From: Eledone cirrhosa
Taxonomy: Eukaryota
Assembly (NCBI GenBank): GCA_964016885.1
Contig: OZ024744.1
Location: 51,088,001-51,152,000, forward strand
Direction of reading: 5' to 3'
Length of the DNA stretch: 64,000 nucleotides
A model generated the notes under the pieces. It was not told the origin of the DNA, ran no database searches, and saw nothing but the letters and a program-made list of their open reading frames with translations. Made by a program: the position numbers and the translations under genes. How positions within the stretch are numbered: the first letter of the stretch is position 1; each line of letters opens with the position of its first letter. Positions 41,498-54,586 of this stretch are shown piece by piece.

Positions 41498-41688
41498 ACG
41501 GTGGATTGGCAGTATAGGTAGAGGCTCGCACGCCATGCTTTGACGCATAGAGTTACGGCCCTTGCCATTCCGAGTTCAAATCCCGCCGAGGTTAACTTTC
41601 CCTTTCATCTTTCGGGGTCGATAAAATAAAGTACCAGTAATGTACTTGGTAATTGCTGGCCTTGTGCCAATAGTAGAAACAATTATTA
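41498..41688 (+). mobile_element. SINE S1
   Basis: Match to S1. Confidence 0.9.
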
Positions 41689-41759
41689 CAACAATATAAC
41701 CCTCCCTAAGTATAACAATATATCTGTTTCGACACACGATTTCATATCAAAAACCTAGC

Positions 41760-41846
<87 letters not shown>

Positions 41847-42284
41847 TTACATATATATACACATATATATACATATACATATACACATATATGTATTCAT
41901 ATATGTGTATTTAGACTACGTATGTGTCGGCGTGCGTATGTGTGTATTTATAAAGAAAATGAAAATAAATCTACTGACAATGTACAGCGGTCATTGAACT
42001 GGTCAACAATATCACTGCCCCACACACTCGTTAACCTGATCAATAATACATTATTTCTTTTTTTACAAACTTTCCTTTCCATTGTCTGCGCTGCATCTTG
42101 TTATGTTTCCATACATAAAACTTTTTATTCTTATTTGTTTACGTCCTTGCTTTGCTATCCTCGTAGATAGACATTCTCTAGTTGTTCCCTGTTTCTATGT
42201 TGTGTTGTCTCATGTGCATCTTTCTCACAGCTTGTCAATCATAGTGCAATCTGTGCTCAATATTATGCTTTTTATCGTAACATC

Positions 42285-42600
42285 TACATGACCACTTTAC
42301 AGTGTGTACTGGGTAATTTTTGTTGTGACAATACACGACTACTTTACAGTGTGTACTAGGTAATTTTTGTTGTGACACATACACGACTACTTTACAGTGT
42401 GTACTGGGTACTTTTTGTTGTGACACATACACGACCACTCTACAGTGTGTACTGGGTACTTTTTGTTGTGAGACCTACACGACCATTTTACAGTGTGGAC
42501 TGGGTGCCTTTTGTCGTGACACCTACACGACGATTTTACAATGTTGACTGGGTACTTTTTGTCGTAGCACCTAATCGACCTCTTTACAGTCTAGACTGGG
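42285..42600. repeat. About 46-bp minisatellite (about 7 units)
   Basis: Unit acacgaccactttacagtgtgtactgggtactttttgttgtgacac; a single inverted unit lies at about 41280-41326. Confidence 0.9.
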
Positions 42601-42879
42601 GGCTGGGTAGGGAAGATGCATGGGGATGGGAAAGGTAGATCTAGAGAATGGGGGGGGGGGTTCATATTAGATGAGGGGTGGGGGTGTTATGACGTGGGTG
42701 GGGAAGGTAGGGGTATAATGATATGTGTAGGGAAGGTAGAGGAAGGTGGTACCTACTGAATGTATACTTCAACCAGTGGATATGGGAAGGAGAATCTTCT
42801 GTACTACTGCATAACGCCAGAGATCTTGATCCTGCGTCATCGTCTTTGAGAGGTGCAATTATGGAAGGTCAGCTTTTAT

Positions 42880-44485
42880 AACCTCATCTCAGGTTTTCCT
42901 AGGTCTTCCTACTCCACAGCTTCCATCAACTTTGAGCGCCCTGTACCGTTCATGTATATTACACATCCAAGAAAACATGCCAGCTTAATTTCTTTCAAAT
43001 CTTCACAGTGCCCAGGTTTCACTATCATGCAACATGGCTGTTAGTATACACGCATCATATAATTCGCTGTTCATTTTGCGAGCAAACCTTTCGCAGCTAG
43101 CAGCGTTGAACTTTTTCCATCCGATCCTCATTCTGGCTACTGTACTTTCCGAACACACACCTCCACTGCTAATTTGGTCACCTAGGTAACAAAAGCAGCC
43201 AACTGCTTCTATAGAACCTTCCAAGAATTTGATAGAACTTGTTTCCTGTGAGTGTTTATTATATACTGCTCCTGTGCAACGGCCACATATAAAACCTACA
43301 TTCTTAGCCAACTTACCTTGGATCCCACAACATTTCTTGTACAACAATAATTTGCATTTGGGATAGAGGTTAGAATTTCTACCCACCCCTTTCCTACACA
43401 CTGAGAAGGGCCATTCCCCGGAAGGGATCAGGGGCTTGCTTTCCTTACTACCTACTAGAACTTTAGTCTTTGTCAAGCTGACTTTAAGATCTTTTAATTC
43501 CAGGTTATGCTTTCAGATCAGGATTTTCTTTTCTAGTTTTGACATGGATTCAGCTACGAGAGTTAGGTCATCAGCACACAGAAGATCCTAAGGGCACCCT
43601 GTTTTAAACTCTTCTGTTATAGCCTGAAGGACAATAATAAAAAAATAACTACGGAACCTTGGTCGACCCCAATTTGCACACTAAACTTCACGATATAGTC
43701 ATTATTGATTTTAACCATCCTGACAACACTTCTGTACATGGGTTGTACCACCACCACTAGCCACTCCTCTAGTCATAGTTTTCTAAGTGCTCACCAGATT
43801 ACAGAAAGGGGCACCGCTTTCTCTAGGTCAACAAATGCCTAAAAGAAGGAGTTGCTTTTGGTTAGGTACTTTTCCTGCAGTTGCGCCACAAGAAATAGTG
43901 TATTCGTGGTACATCTTTCTGGGAGAAATCAAAACTGCATCTCATCTAGCTTAATTCACTCTCTAACCAGTTATACGATGGTTCTTTCCGTAACTTTTAT
44001 GACCTCGTCCATCAGTTTTATACCTCGGTAGTTACCCCTGTATAGGGCATCACCCTTGCCCTTGTAGCAGTTGAAAATGCTGCTGCTACGCGAGTCATTG
44101 GGTATAGCACCGTTGTGTAAACTTAGTTTACAATATAGAGGGTTATGACACTATCAGTATTTCAGCAACTATACCCGATGGCCTCGCTGCTTTGTCTGCC
44201 ATGTCTTTAATTGAATTACTTATTGCTGACTTCCACAGCTGGTCCCTCTGTAGGTCCACCTGAAGCAGGCTATCTCCCTCCCACACATTCTCCTTACTCA
44301 TCAGTCTCCCATGCTGCCTTTTATTCGGTTTTGTTGAGGGGAAGTGGATAATTGTCCTCCCTGATACACTTCCTTGCGATCATGAACACCTCACGTCTTC
44401 CATCCTAAACTTCGTACTTCCTGCTTGCCTCCGTACGAAGTATACTTGTAGCCTTACCTCACTCTTGGCCACTTCGTAAGGTTCT
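42880..44485 (-). mobile_element. RTE-clade LINE RT region with Cys-rich insert, degraded
   Basis: KGKGDAL...NYRGIKL, FVDLEKA, ADDL, KTKVLV, FCYLGD, RMRIGWKKF, MLHDSETW. Confidence 0.85.
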
Positions 44486-45024
44486 TTGCTACCCCCCCCC
44501 CATATATATATATATATATATATATAGGGAATTTGTATATGTGGGTGTGTATATATGTTTGCATATTACATGCATATATACATAGATGTTTATATGTGTC
44601 TCTATGCAATTATACATACATGATGGCTGCAAACTCTGCTAAGAGTATTGCAATCGCTTGTAGAGTTTGGTGCACCTTTAGGCTGCGGCCAGCCACACGA
44701 ACCTGTAACATAACCTGAACAAGCAATGCCTGTGATTTGAAGGTTTTTTAAGTGGGGAAAGGCCTTGCACTCGACCAATCCCACTCTCTGAGCATCGAAA
44801 ACACTAACCGAAAAGGAGAACTGGTCAGCATCATCGGATGCTTCCGAAGCACGTTTTTTTCAGAATTTCCCCCTTCTAGAATGGTGTTGACAACAACTGG
44901 GGGGGGGGGGGGCTTTCACTCCCAGGTTAACAGTATGCAAGTCCCTAGCAGGACTAAATAATCAAGTCCGTGTTGCTTTTTCTTAAGTATCAAGCGATAG
45001 CGTTACTCGAAATCGAGTAATGCC

Positions 45025-45345
45025 ATCATGCATGCATGCATGTATATATGTATGCATGTATGGATGAATGGATGCATGCATGCTTCTATGTATGTATGTA
45101 CGTACGTACGTACGTACGTATGTATGTATGTATGTATGTATGTATGTATGTATGTATGTATGTATGTATGTATGCAGGTATGTTTGTATGGATGGATGGA
45201 TGCATGCTTATATGTATGTATGTATGCATGCATCCATATATGTATGTATGCATGCATACATGCATGTATATATGTATGTATATTTCTATATACATACATG
45301 CCTACATGCATGCATCCAAACTTACATACATACGTACATACATAA
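45025..45345. repeat. (ATGT)n/(ATGC)n tetranucleotide repeat
   Basis: Seen directly. Confidence 0.95.
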
Positions 45346-45708
45346 CAGTAAAAATATGTAAAACATTCCCAAAATTCTGCATATAATAACTCTATATACA
45401 CATGTAAAGATACAAAGCATATACACATGCACACATATAACTCAAAACATCCACATCCACACATACAATAACATCCATACCTGCATATACATACATGTAG
45501 GCATACATACATATCTACCTAGTTGATATTATGTAAATGAGAGTGTCTTGTGTCTATGTTAGAAACCGGCCCTCTCTCTATTGGCAAAAATTTGTGAAAT
45601 TATAAAATCAAAAGAATATACATACATACATGATAGCTTCCCCCTAACTATCGAGTATGGCCATTGCATGAGCCACCCCCGAAACCCCCCATAATAATAA
45701 GAATAACG

Positions 45709-45760
<52 letters not shown>

Positions 45761-45762
<2 letters not shown>

Positions 45763-48700
45763 CTTTCTTTATTAACCACAAGGGTTTACCTAAAGTAGAC
45801 ATTAAGGACAGCACAGGACAATACAGGACGGTACAAATGGGCATTTCTGCGTGTAAAAAAAAACAGAGGATGTAATAAAAATAACAATGAAAAATTCCTC
45901 AATAGGGGGGAGACTTCCGAAGGACATTTGTGGAGAAAGCTCATTAAAAGGCCACAGTGACCCTGACCACCAGGGCAAGTGCCCTCTCCCAGTTTTCCAC
46001 CTTTAATTTACAGACACATACTCAGAGTAGGCCCATTCACTCGGGCCATACTTGCTTCTCTCACCCATCTTTCAACAAAATGCTGGGAAGAGAGGACTTC
46101 CCTCTCTACCCTGATTTTCCTTTTCAAATGAAATTTGAAAAAGTCAATCAGAGCATCACCGAAGAGGTAAGTGCTCGTCTTCAGCCCTTTCAAACGTGTC
46201 CACCATACTATCTCTTTCGCCATGGCCACCAGGCAGATAAAAACTGCCTGCCCTTCCCGGCTAAAGGAAGAGGGCGGAGCAATCCTCACGATGGACTCAG
46301 CTGATAGCTGGATCCGTCCTACACGTGACAGCAGGTGTTCGACATAAACCCACAAGTCAGCAATGCTCGGAAACTGGACGAGTGCGTGCAGGACGGTTTC
46401 GTCGCCCTGCGCGCATCTCGGACATGCTCGGCTGACGGCACCTCCATGCCGGTAGAGTTTATCCCGAACTGGCAAAGCTCCTCGGTAACACTGCTAGGCC
46501 AGGGATTTCTGGAAGTTGTCCATAGGCCCCGGCTCGAAAGTCCTTCCGAAGAGATTGGCTAGTTGATTTTCGTTGACGCCTAGAGTTTCTCCAAGTACGT
46601 CGTCGCTCTTCCCCTCCACTAATCCTCTATAGAACACCAAGGTGGAGTTTCTACCAATCACATTGCCCGATTGGTCGAGCGAGGGCTGTGAGCGCCTGAA
46701 GACATTCCAGCCTCCAAGCGCTCCCTCTCGGTCTTCGCTTGACCCAGGACTGCAGCTCCGTCAAGGAGACGAGCTGGGGAAAGACGCGTCTAGCAAACGG
46801 CGACCACACCTGATAACCGTCGAGGAAGAGGTGGAGATGTCGTAGCCTGAGCGCGTGTCTGCGCATCATCAGCCACGGCATGCCCAGCCCTCCACGTAGC
46901 GGGTGTTGACAGCAGATGGACCGCCTGACCATCGGAGCGCGTCCCTTCCACAAAAAGCGAAAGAGCAAACACTCCAGCGCAGTCAGGCGGGGCTTAGGAC
47001 AAGGTACGACGGTCACGCCGTAGTAGATGACGGACGCGATTGGTGACTTTTGGTGACTTTCGGTGACTTTTGTGGTGTTGGTGATGGTGGTGTTGGAGTT
47101 AATGATGGTGATGGTGTTGGTGTTTGTGGTGATGGGGTTGGTGATGCTGGTGTGGATGGTGGCATAGCTATCCTAACTTTTTTGTTTGATAGTTTAATTG
47201 TTTCCCTCTGTATTTTGTTTTTGGAGGGGGAAGGAAGAGAATTTTTTCTTTTTTGGTTTCTTTTTCTTCTTTTCTTTTTTCCTGATACAGTTTCCCACTC
47301 CTCGTCGTCACAATCTGTCTCCAGTTGCGATACGTCGGGGAGTGGAAAATCCTCCACAGGCGTTGGTCTTGGTTGTGGCGTGGTGGATAGTGTAGGCGCT
47401 GGTGACAGTTCTGGCGCGTTGGGTGGTAGTGGTGTTGGTTTTGCTACTGTTGCTGGGGTTGTTGCTGTTACAGTTGCTTCTGTTGTTGCTGCTACAGTTG
47501 CTGCTGCCACTTCTGCTGCTGGTGGTGTTGATGGTTGAGTCACTGCGGTGGGTAAGAGAGGTGGCCTGAACCTTTTAGCCTGAGGGCAGAAAGCCCTTAG
47601 GTGGGTTCCTTCACCACAAACGACACACCTAGGCCTTCTGCCCTCGACGATCACGGTGAGGTGCCTGGCGTCAGTGAGGTCTATTACCTCTGGGATCTCC
47701 TCTATGCCTTTTTGGTCCGCTTGGATCAGGAGCTCCATCCCAGATCCGGACCAGTTCTCATGCTTTTCTTTCGCTATTTCGATTATCTAGGTGTTGGCCT
47801 CGATGCCGGCGAGGACGGCAGCTATTAGCCAGGGAATTTAGATGGCTGGTTGAACGTGGGTCACCCTGATCTTCACGAGTCTCTGGCCACAATAGCTTGG
47901 GACGAGTGTGAAGTCGTCACTTCTTAATGGGGCCATGGAGTGTTCTCTGGCCTCCTGTGGCGTTTCAAAGAACCCGTCCACGGTTCCATACTTCTGCCCA
48001 CGTCTGATGTGGGTTTTTCTTGCCCACCCATGTCCCAAAGCTTTTGGGATTTGGGACTCGATGCCCGTTTCACTCGGCGCCGATGCTCCATTTTATTAGG
48101 TGGGGGTGGGGTGGGTGGGGTGGGTGAATCTGACCCTGTACCCTGTACCAATCTTTCTTTACCATTCTTTTGGCTTCTTCTAATTCCTCCTGAGTTACCT
48201 GGAATGCTTCGCACTTTTTTGCTACTCTGGCAAAAGACAGGGTGGTTTTCTTAATTTCATTGTTGCTGTTGTGGTTATCGTTATTTTTGTTATTGTTAAT
48301 TTTAGTTTCAGTTGTGGTGGTGGTAGCGTCAGTGGTGTTCGGTGTGGAAGAGTTCATTTTGGCTGAATTCATTTCGATATCACGGGATAATTTATTTTTT
48401 TCTTTTGTTTTTGTTGTCGCTGTGGTGGTGGTGGAGGTGGCGGCTTCAACACCTGCAGTCATTGGTAATGGCGGGAAATGAATGTCTGCCTGAGACAAAT
48501 TTAAAATATTGCTACTGCTTATATTTTTAGTGTTGGCAAACGTAGTAATATTTACAATGGTGGTGTCGGTGTGAGGTGTTAGTTTGTGAGGAAGGCTCTC
48601 AGCTACTGGGTTCAGCTGTGAGTCGGCCATGATTTTTCAAAGAAATTTTTTTTTTGATAATTATAAAATTTTAAATTTTGGGCTCAAGGCTCCAATCTTT

Positions 48701-48843
48701 TTGAGTGTCCTTTTCAGAAAACAATGTATGTGCACTTATATACAGTTAACAATAAAAAATATTCCATAAATGGCAATTTTAAACAACTGTAAACAACAAA
48801 CCTTTGCGGAGCTCACAATGATACGATTTACTATGTAGGTCGC
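45761..48843 (-). mobile_element. L1/Tx1 copy C with both ends intact and an internal deletion of EN and RT
   Basis: 5' end ggcgacctacatag; ORF1 48630-47040 closely similar to copy B; jumps to the ORF2 C-terminus 47040-46008; 3' end ttaataaagaaagc then (ATT)n at 45710-45760. Confidence 0.92.
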
Positions 48844-48844
48844 C

Positions 48845-48896
<52 letters not shown>

Positions 48897-48903
48897 TTAA
48901 TAA

Positions 48904-49486
48904 TGCTTTCTTTATTAACCACAAGGGATGACACAAAGTATAACATTAAGGACAACACAGGACAATACAAATGGCCATTTCTGCGTGTAACTCCCCCCCC
49001 CCAAACAGAGTATGTGACAAAAAAAGGAAACAATGAAACAATGAAAACATTCGCCAATAGGGGGAGACCTCCGAGGGTCGCTCGTGGAGAAAGCCCACAA
49101 GAAAAGCTACGGTTACCCTGACCGCTAGGGCAAATGCCCTCTTCCAGTTTTCCTCCTACAATGCTACAGGCACACGCTCAGGGTAGACCCATTCACACGG
49201 GCCATTCTTGCTCTCTCACCCACCTTTTAACAAACTGGCTGGAGGTCACCACTTCCCTCTCTACCCTGATTTTCCTCTTCAGGTGAAACCTGAAAAAGTT
49301 AGTGAGGGGGTCACCGAAGAGGAAAGTACTTGTCCTCAACCCTTTCAGACGTGTCCACCATACGATCTCTTTTACCATGGCTACCAGGCAGATAAAAACT
49401 GTCTGCCCTTCTCGGCTAAAGGAAGGCGGCGGGGCAATTCTCACGATGGACTCAGCTGATAGCCCGATCCGTTCTACACGTGACAA
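48904..49486 (-). mobile_element. L1/Tx1 copy D, 5'-truncated, flanked by (ATT)n on both sides
   Basis: LSAESIVRIAPP...WWTRLKGL; 3' UTR ends ttaataaagaaagc; ATT tracts at 48844-48903 and 49487-49500. Confidence 0.9.
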
Positions 49487-49639
49487 AATAATAATAATAA
49501 AAATAAATTATATATATATATATACAAATATACACACACACATACATACACATACACACACATATACATATCTATATATACATATACACATACATATATA
49601 CACACACACACACACTCACACACACACAATAACAATTAA

Positions 49640-50570
49640 CGGTGCTGCGGTCGAATGTGGCTTTTTAGCCCAGCCAATGATCTAAAATGTCTTGCTCAGA
49701 GTTGGCAACCAAAACATTCACTGGCAGTAGACGGCTGTAGTTGGAGTTCATGTACTTTTGAATGTCGTTTGAGCCCTCCTGCTGATCTACACTCTCTTCC
49801 ACATGCTTGGCAGGCATGATGAGTAGCATCTCCAACAGCAGCCTGGTAGTCAACCACTGGTCTTACTTTATGACTGCAAAGATGACTTTCGCGTCCAGCT
49901 TTGCTTAGGCAGAGTCTCGCACAGACGCTGCATGTCAGCACCATAGGAGAAACCTTTCCTGTCTGGAAATGCAACAGCAATGCCCTTCCTCACATCCCTT
50001 TTTACTTTCTCGTGATTCGAGATGCCTCAAACGCAACTTTCCCCTCATATACAGTCTTGCGATCAGCAGCTACGCTTTCCCATGTATCAGCAGAGATGTT
50101 AGCGTCTTTCAAAGAGGCTTTCAACGAATCCTTATACCTCTTTTTTGGTTTATGTGGAGGTCGTTTTCATTTTACTAACTCTCTATAAAAGATTTGTTTC
50201 GGTATTCTAGAATCCTTCATCTTGGTAATTCTATCGGAGTCTTTGCTTAAGCACAAGAAGCTTCTATACTTTCACACAGAGAGCTTTCCAAAATCTCGAC
50301 ATCACTGATATGGTCCCTCTCGCAGGCATAAAGAAGAGAAGAGAGCCTTGTACACCTTTACCTTTGTCTTCTTGCATATGTCTCGATGATTCCAGAGGCG
50401 CCGTTCTAGCTTTCCGAAAGCATCACTTGCTTTCTTAATCCTGAGTGGAATTTCAATATCAAGATTGCTGTATCGATTGACAGTGCTTCCCAGGTAAACA
50501 AAATGATCAACCACTCCAAGTCGTTTACTATACACAAGCGATTGCAATATTCTTGGCAGAGTTTGCAACC
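49640..50570 (-). mobile_element. RTE (BovB-like) LINE 3' fragment with C-terminal C2H2 fingers
   Basis: FVYLGSTV...RIKKASDAFGKL...TKVKVYKA; RIPKQIFY; CSVC..HLCSH, CQAC..HSKVH. Confidence 0.85.
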
Positions 50571-50707
50571 ATCATGTGTGTATGTTCGTTCCGCTGCGTT
50601 CAAAGCTACTTGCTTTCAGTGTATTTTCGTTTAACACAGTGATGACGTGCTTATTTTATATACAAACGCACATATACATTTGCTCACACATACACGCACA
50701 CACACAC

Positions 50708-50766
<59 letters not shown>

Positions 50767-50769
<3 letters not shown>

Positions 50770-51495
50770 GATATTAATAAATGGAAACTATATTTATAAA
50801 ACCATATTTATTTCATTATACATATTTCAGGGATACCAAATTAAATTATGGTATGCCTTCATCAGACAAAATACAAAATATAACAGTTTTACAAATAAGC
50901 TTTGACGTACCCTATTAAAAGCCAACCATTGTTTTTGGAAGTCATCGGGATAGTGATTTGTTTATAATACTTTAATAAGTCATAGTGTTAAGGACAATTA
51001 GAAAAAGACGGAGAGAAAGAAAAAGACGGAGAGAAAGAAAAAAAAACGGAGAGAAAGAAAAAACGTGGAGAAATATCGGAGAGAGAGATGCATGGAGAAA
51101 AAAAGAAAGAGATAAGTAAAGACACTTAGTCCTTAACACTATGACTTATTAAAGTATTATAAACAAAGTAAAGACACATAGTCCTTAACACTATGACTTA
51201 TTAAAGTATTATAAACAAATCACTATCCGGATGACTTCCAAAAACAATGGTTGGCTTTTAATAGGGTACGTCAAAGCTTATTTGTAAAACTGTTATATAT
51301 TGTATTTTGTCTGATAAAGGCATACCATAATTTAATTTGGTATCCCTGAAATATGTATAATGAAATAAATATGGTTTTATAAATATAGCTTCCATTTTTT
51401 AATATCGTATATCTACTCCAAATACTTGTCGAGTGATTTATATCAGTTATAAAAATATTTACTTGTTGTATCCCAACAATTTTAAATAGAGCTTT

Positions 51496-51500
<5 letters not shown>
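50767..51500. repeat. Inverted pair of H2-related hammerhead elements between (TA)n tracts
   Basis: 50767-50995 pairs with 51181-51410; the right arm continues to the family 3' end cttttgc-(AT)n. Confidence 0.9.
50809..50873 (-). ncRNA. Type I hammerhead motif (H2 variant)
   Basis: tattttgt-CTGATGA-aggcataccataatttaatttggtatccct-GAAA-tatgta-TA-atgaaata; the + partner at 51303-51367 has a mutated core CTGATAA. Confidence 0.75.
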
Positions 51501-51540
<40 letters not shown>

Positions 51541-51616
51541 CGAAGGAAATGTGGTAAGGAACCAGGTGGACCATAACGCACCAAAGTACTCAATACTTAG
51601 GGTAGTAGAGTGGGTA

Positions 51617-51724
51617 ATAGGAACAAGTAAAACCCCGACGGCTGAGCTCAAGCCGTTTCGACGGCTAATTCTGAATTAGCCGTCGAAACGGCTTGAGTTC
51701 AGCCGTCGGGGTCTTACTTGTTCC

Positions 51725-51727
<3 letters not shown>
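51617..51727. repeat. Hairpin made of two inverted hammerhead 3' halves, nested in a larger inverted repeat (51540-51790)
   Basis: Centre gacggctaattc-t-gaattagccgtc, then GAAA-cggcttgagttcagccg-TC-ggggt. Confidence 0.85.
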
Positions 51728-51757
<30 letters not shown>

Positions 51758-51849
51758 GGTCCACTTGGTTCCTTACCACTTTTCCCTCGCTATATATATA
51801 TATATATATATATTGGAAAATGTGTGTAATCCTTGGTACAGTTAGGTAT

Positions 51850-52047
51850 ATTAAGACAGGGGGGGAAGAAAAAATGGCTTCACTTGTGCTTTCAACAAAT
51901 TTATTTTCTTCACAAAGTCCAAAAATAATTTTTTTCCGGATTAGAAAATTTTTATTTTCTAATCCGGAAAAAAATTATTTTTGGATTTTGTGAAGAAAAT
52001 AATTTGTTGAAAGCACAAGTGAAGCCATTTTTTTCTTCCCCCCTGTC

Positions 52048-52053
<6 letters not shown>
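51850..52053. repeat. About 200-bp near-perfect palindrome next to (TA)n
   Basis: tattaagacagggggg...ccggattagaaaat / attttctaatccgg...cccctgtcttaata. Confidence 0.92.
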
Positions 52054-52102
<49 letters not shown>

Positions 52103-52236
52103 CTATATAAGCAAAGAGATATTTAATCGTTTGGTTATTCAACAAATTTATTTATAACAGATTCGAAGCACTCTACAATTTTCTTCTGGAGTATAATATC
52201 AATGATATTAATAAACTATCTTTATAAAACCATATC

Positions 52237-52297
52237 TATTTTATTATATATATTTCAAGGGTACCAACATTTTGGTACGCTCTCATCAGATAAAATA
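52237..52297 (-). ncRNA. Type I hammerhead motif (H2) in element 52107-52322
   Basis: tattttat-CTGATGA-gagcgtaccaaaatgttggtaccctt-GAAA-tatata-TA-ataaaata. Confidence 0.8.
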
Positions 52298-52820
52298 GAA
52301 AAGTTGTTTTATAAATATTGATATCTAAATATGGCTCTCTCAAACATTTGTCATTTGTGTATTGAGGAAATTTTTCACATACTTACCAGCCAAAACTCTA
52401 TTAACAAAAAGAAAGAATTATTCAGTTCCTGCAGATATCGCCAAACCAAAACATTCAGAAGTATCTATAATCTACAGAAAATATTATCTATACCTCACCT
52501 GTTTACACTTTATATGTCTTCACTATATTTTGTTGATGTTTTGCGGTGATTATGGGAAGATGTTTTTTCTTTTTAAATGATATTTTTCAAATAATACTCT
52601 TTTTAAACGGTTTTTTAAATGATATTTTGAAATATCTTTCTTGTGAGAGTTTTAATGATGTTTCTGAATATACTTTGGATGTCTCTAATATTTCTTCCTA
52701 ATTGACTATATAGACATTAACATTTGCAGCGATGTAGATAATGTTATCTAAATACATATATAAAAGAATTTTTATCTTTGAAAATATGTAATACAGGATA
52801 CTTGGAAATCATATACAAAA

Positions 52821-54586
52821 TCTGTATATATATAAAATTAAGTATGTGTGTGTGTCTGTGTATTACCTATAGGAGCCTACATCTTACGACCGATTTTCAT
52901 GAAACTTTACAGGCTCATAGATTAGCCATCGGGGAGTGTTTTCTATATATCAGCGTATCGTTTTTTTTTTATTCCGGGGTCATTAAATATTCAAAAATAA
53001 GTCAACCAAATACACAAAATCTTAGTTAAAACAAATTAAAGGGAAATAAATCTTGATACCTAAGGAGCAGGACAGAAAGAATTATTTCCCGTTGATAGTT
53101 ACTCTAATCGGTTAAAACAATTGCCACACAATGACAAATGACTTCTTGGTCGCTCTACCAGCTAAAAATACATTGAACAAAATATTTAAGTAAAATCATC
53201 TTAAGAAACATCAACACCATTCTATCATGAGACGCTACTAATGAAAAAGAACGAATGTAGGAGAAATCGTCAATCCATATAAACTTTCACCGTTAACTCA
53301 GCAGACGACATCACTTAATATCTACACTCCTACATCGATCTGTATGTTAATTCTCTCTCTCTCTCTATTATATATAATCTTTCTCTCTATTTTATATCTG
53401 TATATATATAAAATTATATACGATTTCACTCAACATTTCGCAACTTGCTACCCCTTACGACCGATTTTCAAGAAACTCGCCAGCTCATGAATTTCCAACC
53501 AGGTTTTATTCCTACTTGGACTCCGTTCATCTCAGTTCACACTATTGACCTCTACTACAACCGGGTGTCAACGATAATTCTTTAACTTTTTAAGTCTGCG
53601 ATAAATGGTTACTTTGTACAATCCGGCTATACTGTTCTCTGCATTAATCTATTTCATGGGTGCTATTCCAGACGTGCTTAAACTACTCTTTAGATAATGC
53701 CTCCGAAGAAGAGTAACAAAATTGGTCGGAAAACGGCGCGAGGCAGAAGTATGACAAATAGACGACCAAGTGAGCCACTACAAAATGCCGAAATAAGACG
53801 AACTAGAAACGCAATGTCCACGGCCGCTGCACGTGCTGCTGAAACGGAGGATCGGCGCGTCCGCGGACAGACAAAAGACGCTGTGCCGAAGGCCAGTGCA
53901 CGAGATTCTGAAAATGAGGGTCAGCGCGTTCGCAAACAAAGAAGAAACGCAATGTCGACGGCCAGTGCACGAGTTTCTGAAAATGAGGGTCAGCGCGTTC
54001 GCAGACAAAGAAGAAACTCAATGTCGACGGCCACTGCACGGGCTACGGAGACATCATCCGAAAGGCGTGATCGGTTGCAGAGTAATCTTCAAAGAAGCCT
54101 TTCCAGAAATGGTCTTTCAAGGCCTTCCAGTTCGCGATGGCTACTTAAGGCGTTTGGCTACTTAAGGCCCAACCTTCAATTATGCCACCCATGCTGATGT
54201 GATCATTGGCGATATGTCCACCATTTGCACCTACTGCAATGCCGTGAAGTGGCCAGGTGAACAATCTGGGATGTGCTGCACGAATGGAAGGTCAGCTTAC
54301 CTTTCCTACTTGATCCACCTGAGCCATTGAAGACGTATCTGGCAGGTGAAACAGCGGAGTCTAAACACTTCCTTGAAAATATCCGGAAATACAACTGCGC
54401 CTTTCAGATGACATCGTTTGGAGCAAACATTGTTAAGGAAGACGGTTTCATGCCTACATTTAAAGTTCAGGGGCAACTGTGTGTGGCCATAGATGAGTCA
54501 TCGAGAAGCAGTCGCTAAGATCAACACCTTTTCATCAAAACAGATATTATTTTACCTACCCAGGCAACGCTGTGTACTGCTGCTAG
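52821..54586 (+). mobile_element. Internally deleted Helitron
   Basis: A|TC 5' end; 3' end caggcaacgctg...CTAG|T; contains the Rep N-terminal coding region. Confidence 0.85.
53697..54480 (+). pseudogene. Helitron Rep/helicase N-terminus, frameshifted and truncated
   Basis: CTYCNAVKWPGEQSGMCC, LDPPEPLK, FLENIRKYNCAFQMTSFGA, PTFKVQGQ; 23-aa Arg-rich repeats. Confidence 0.88.
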
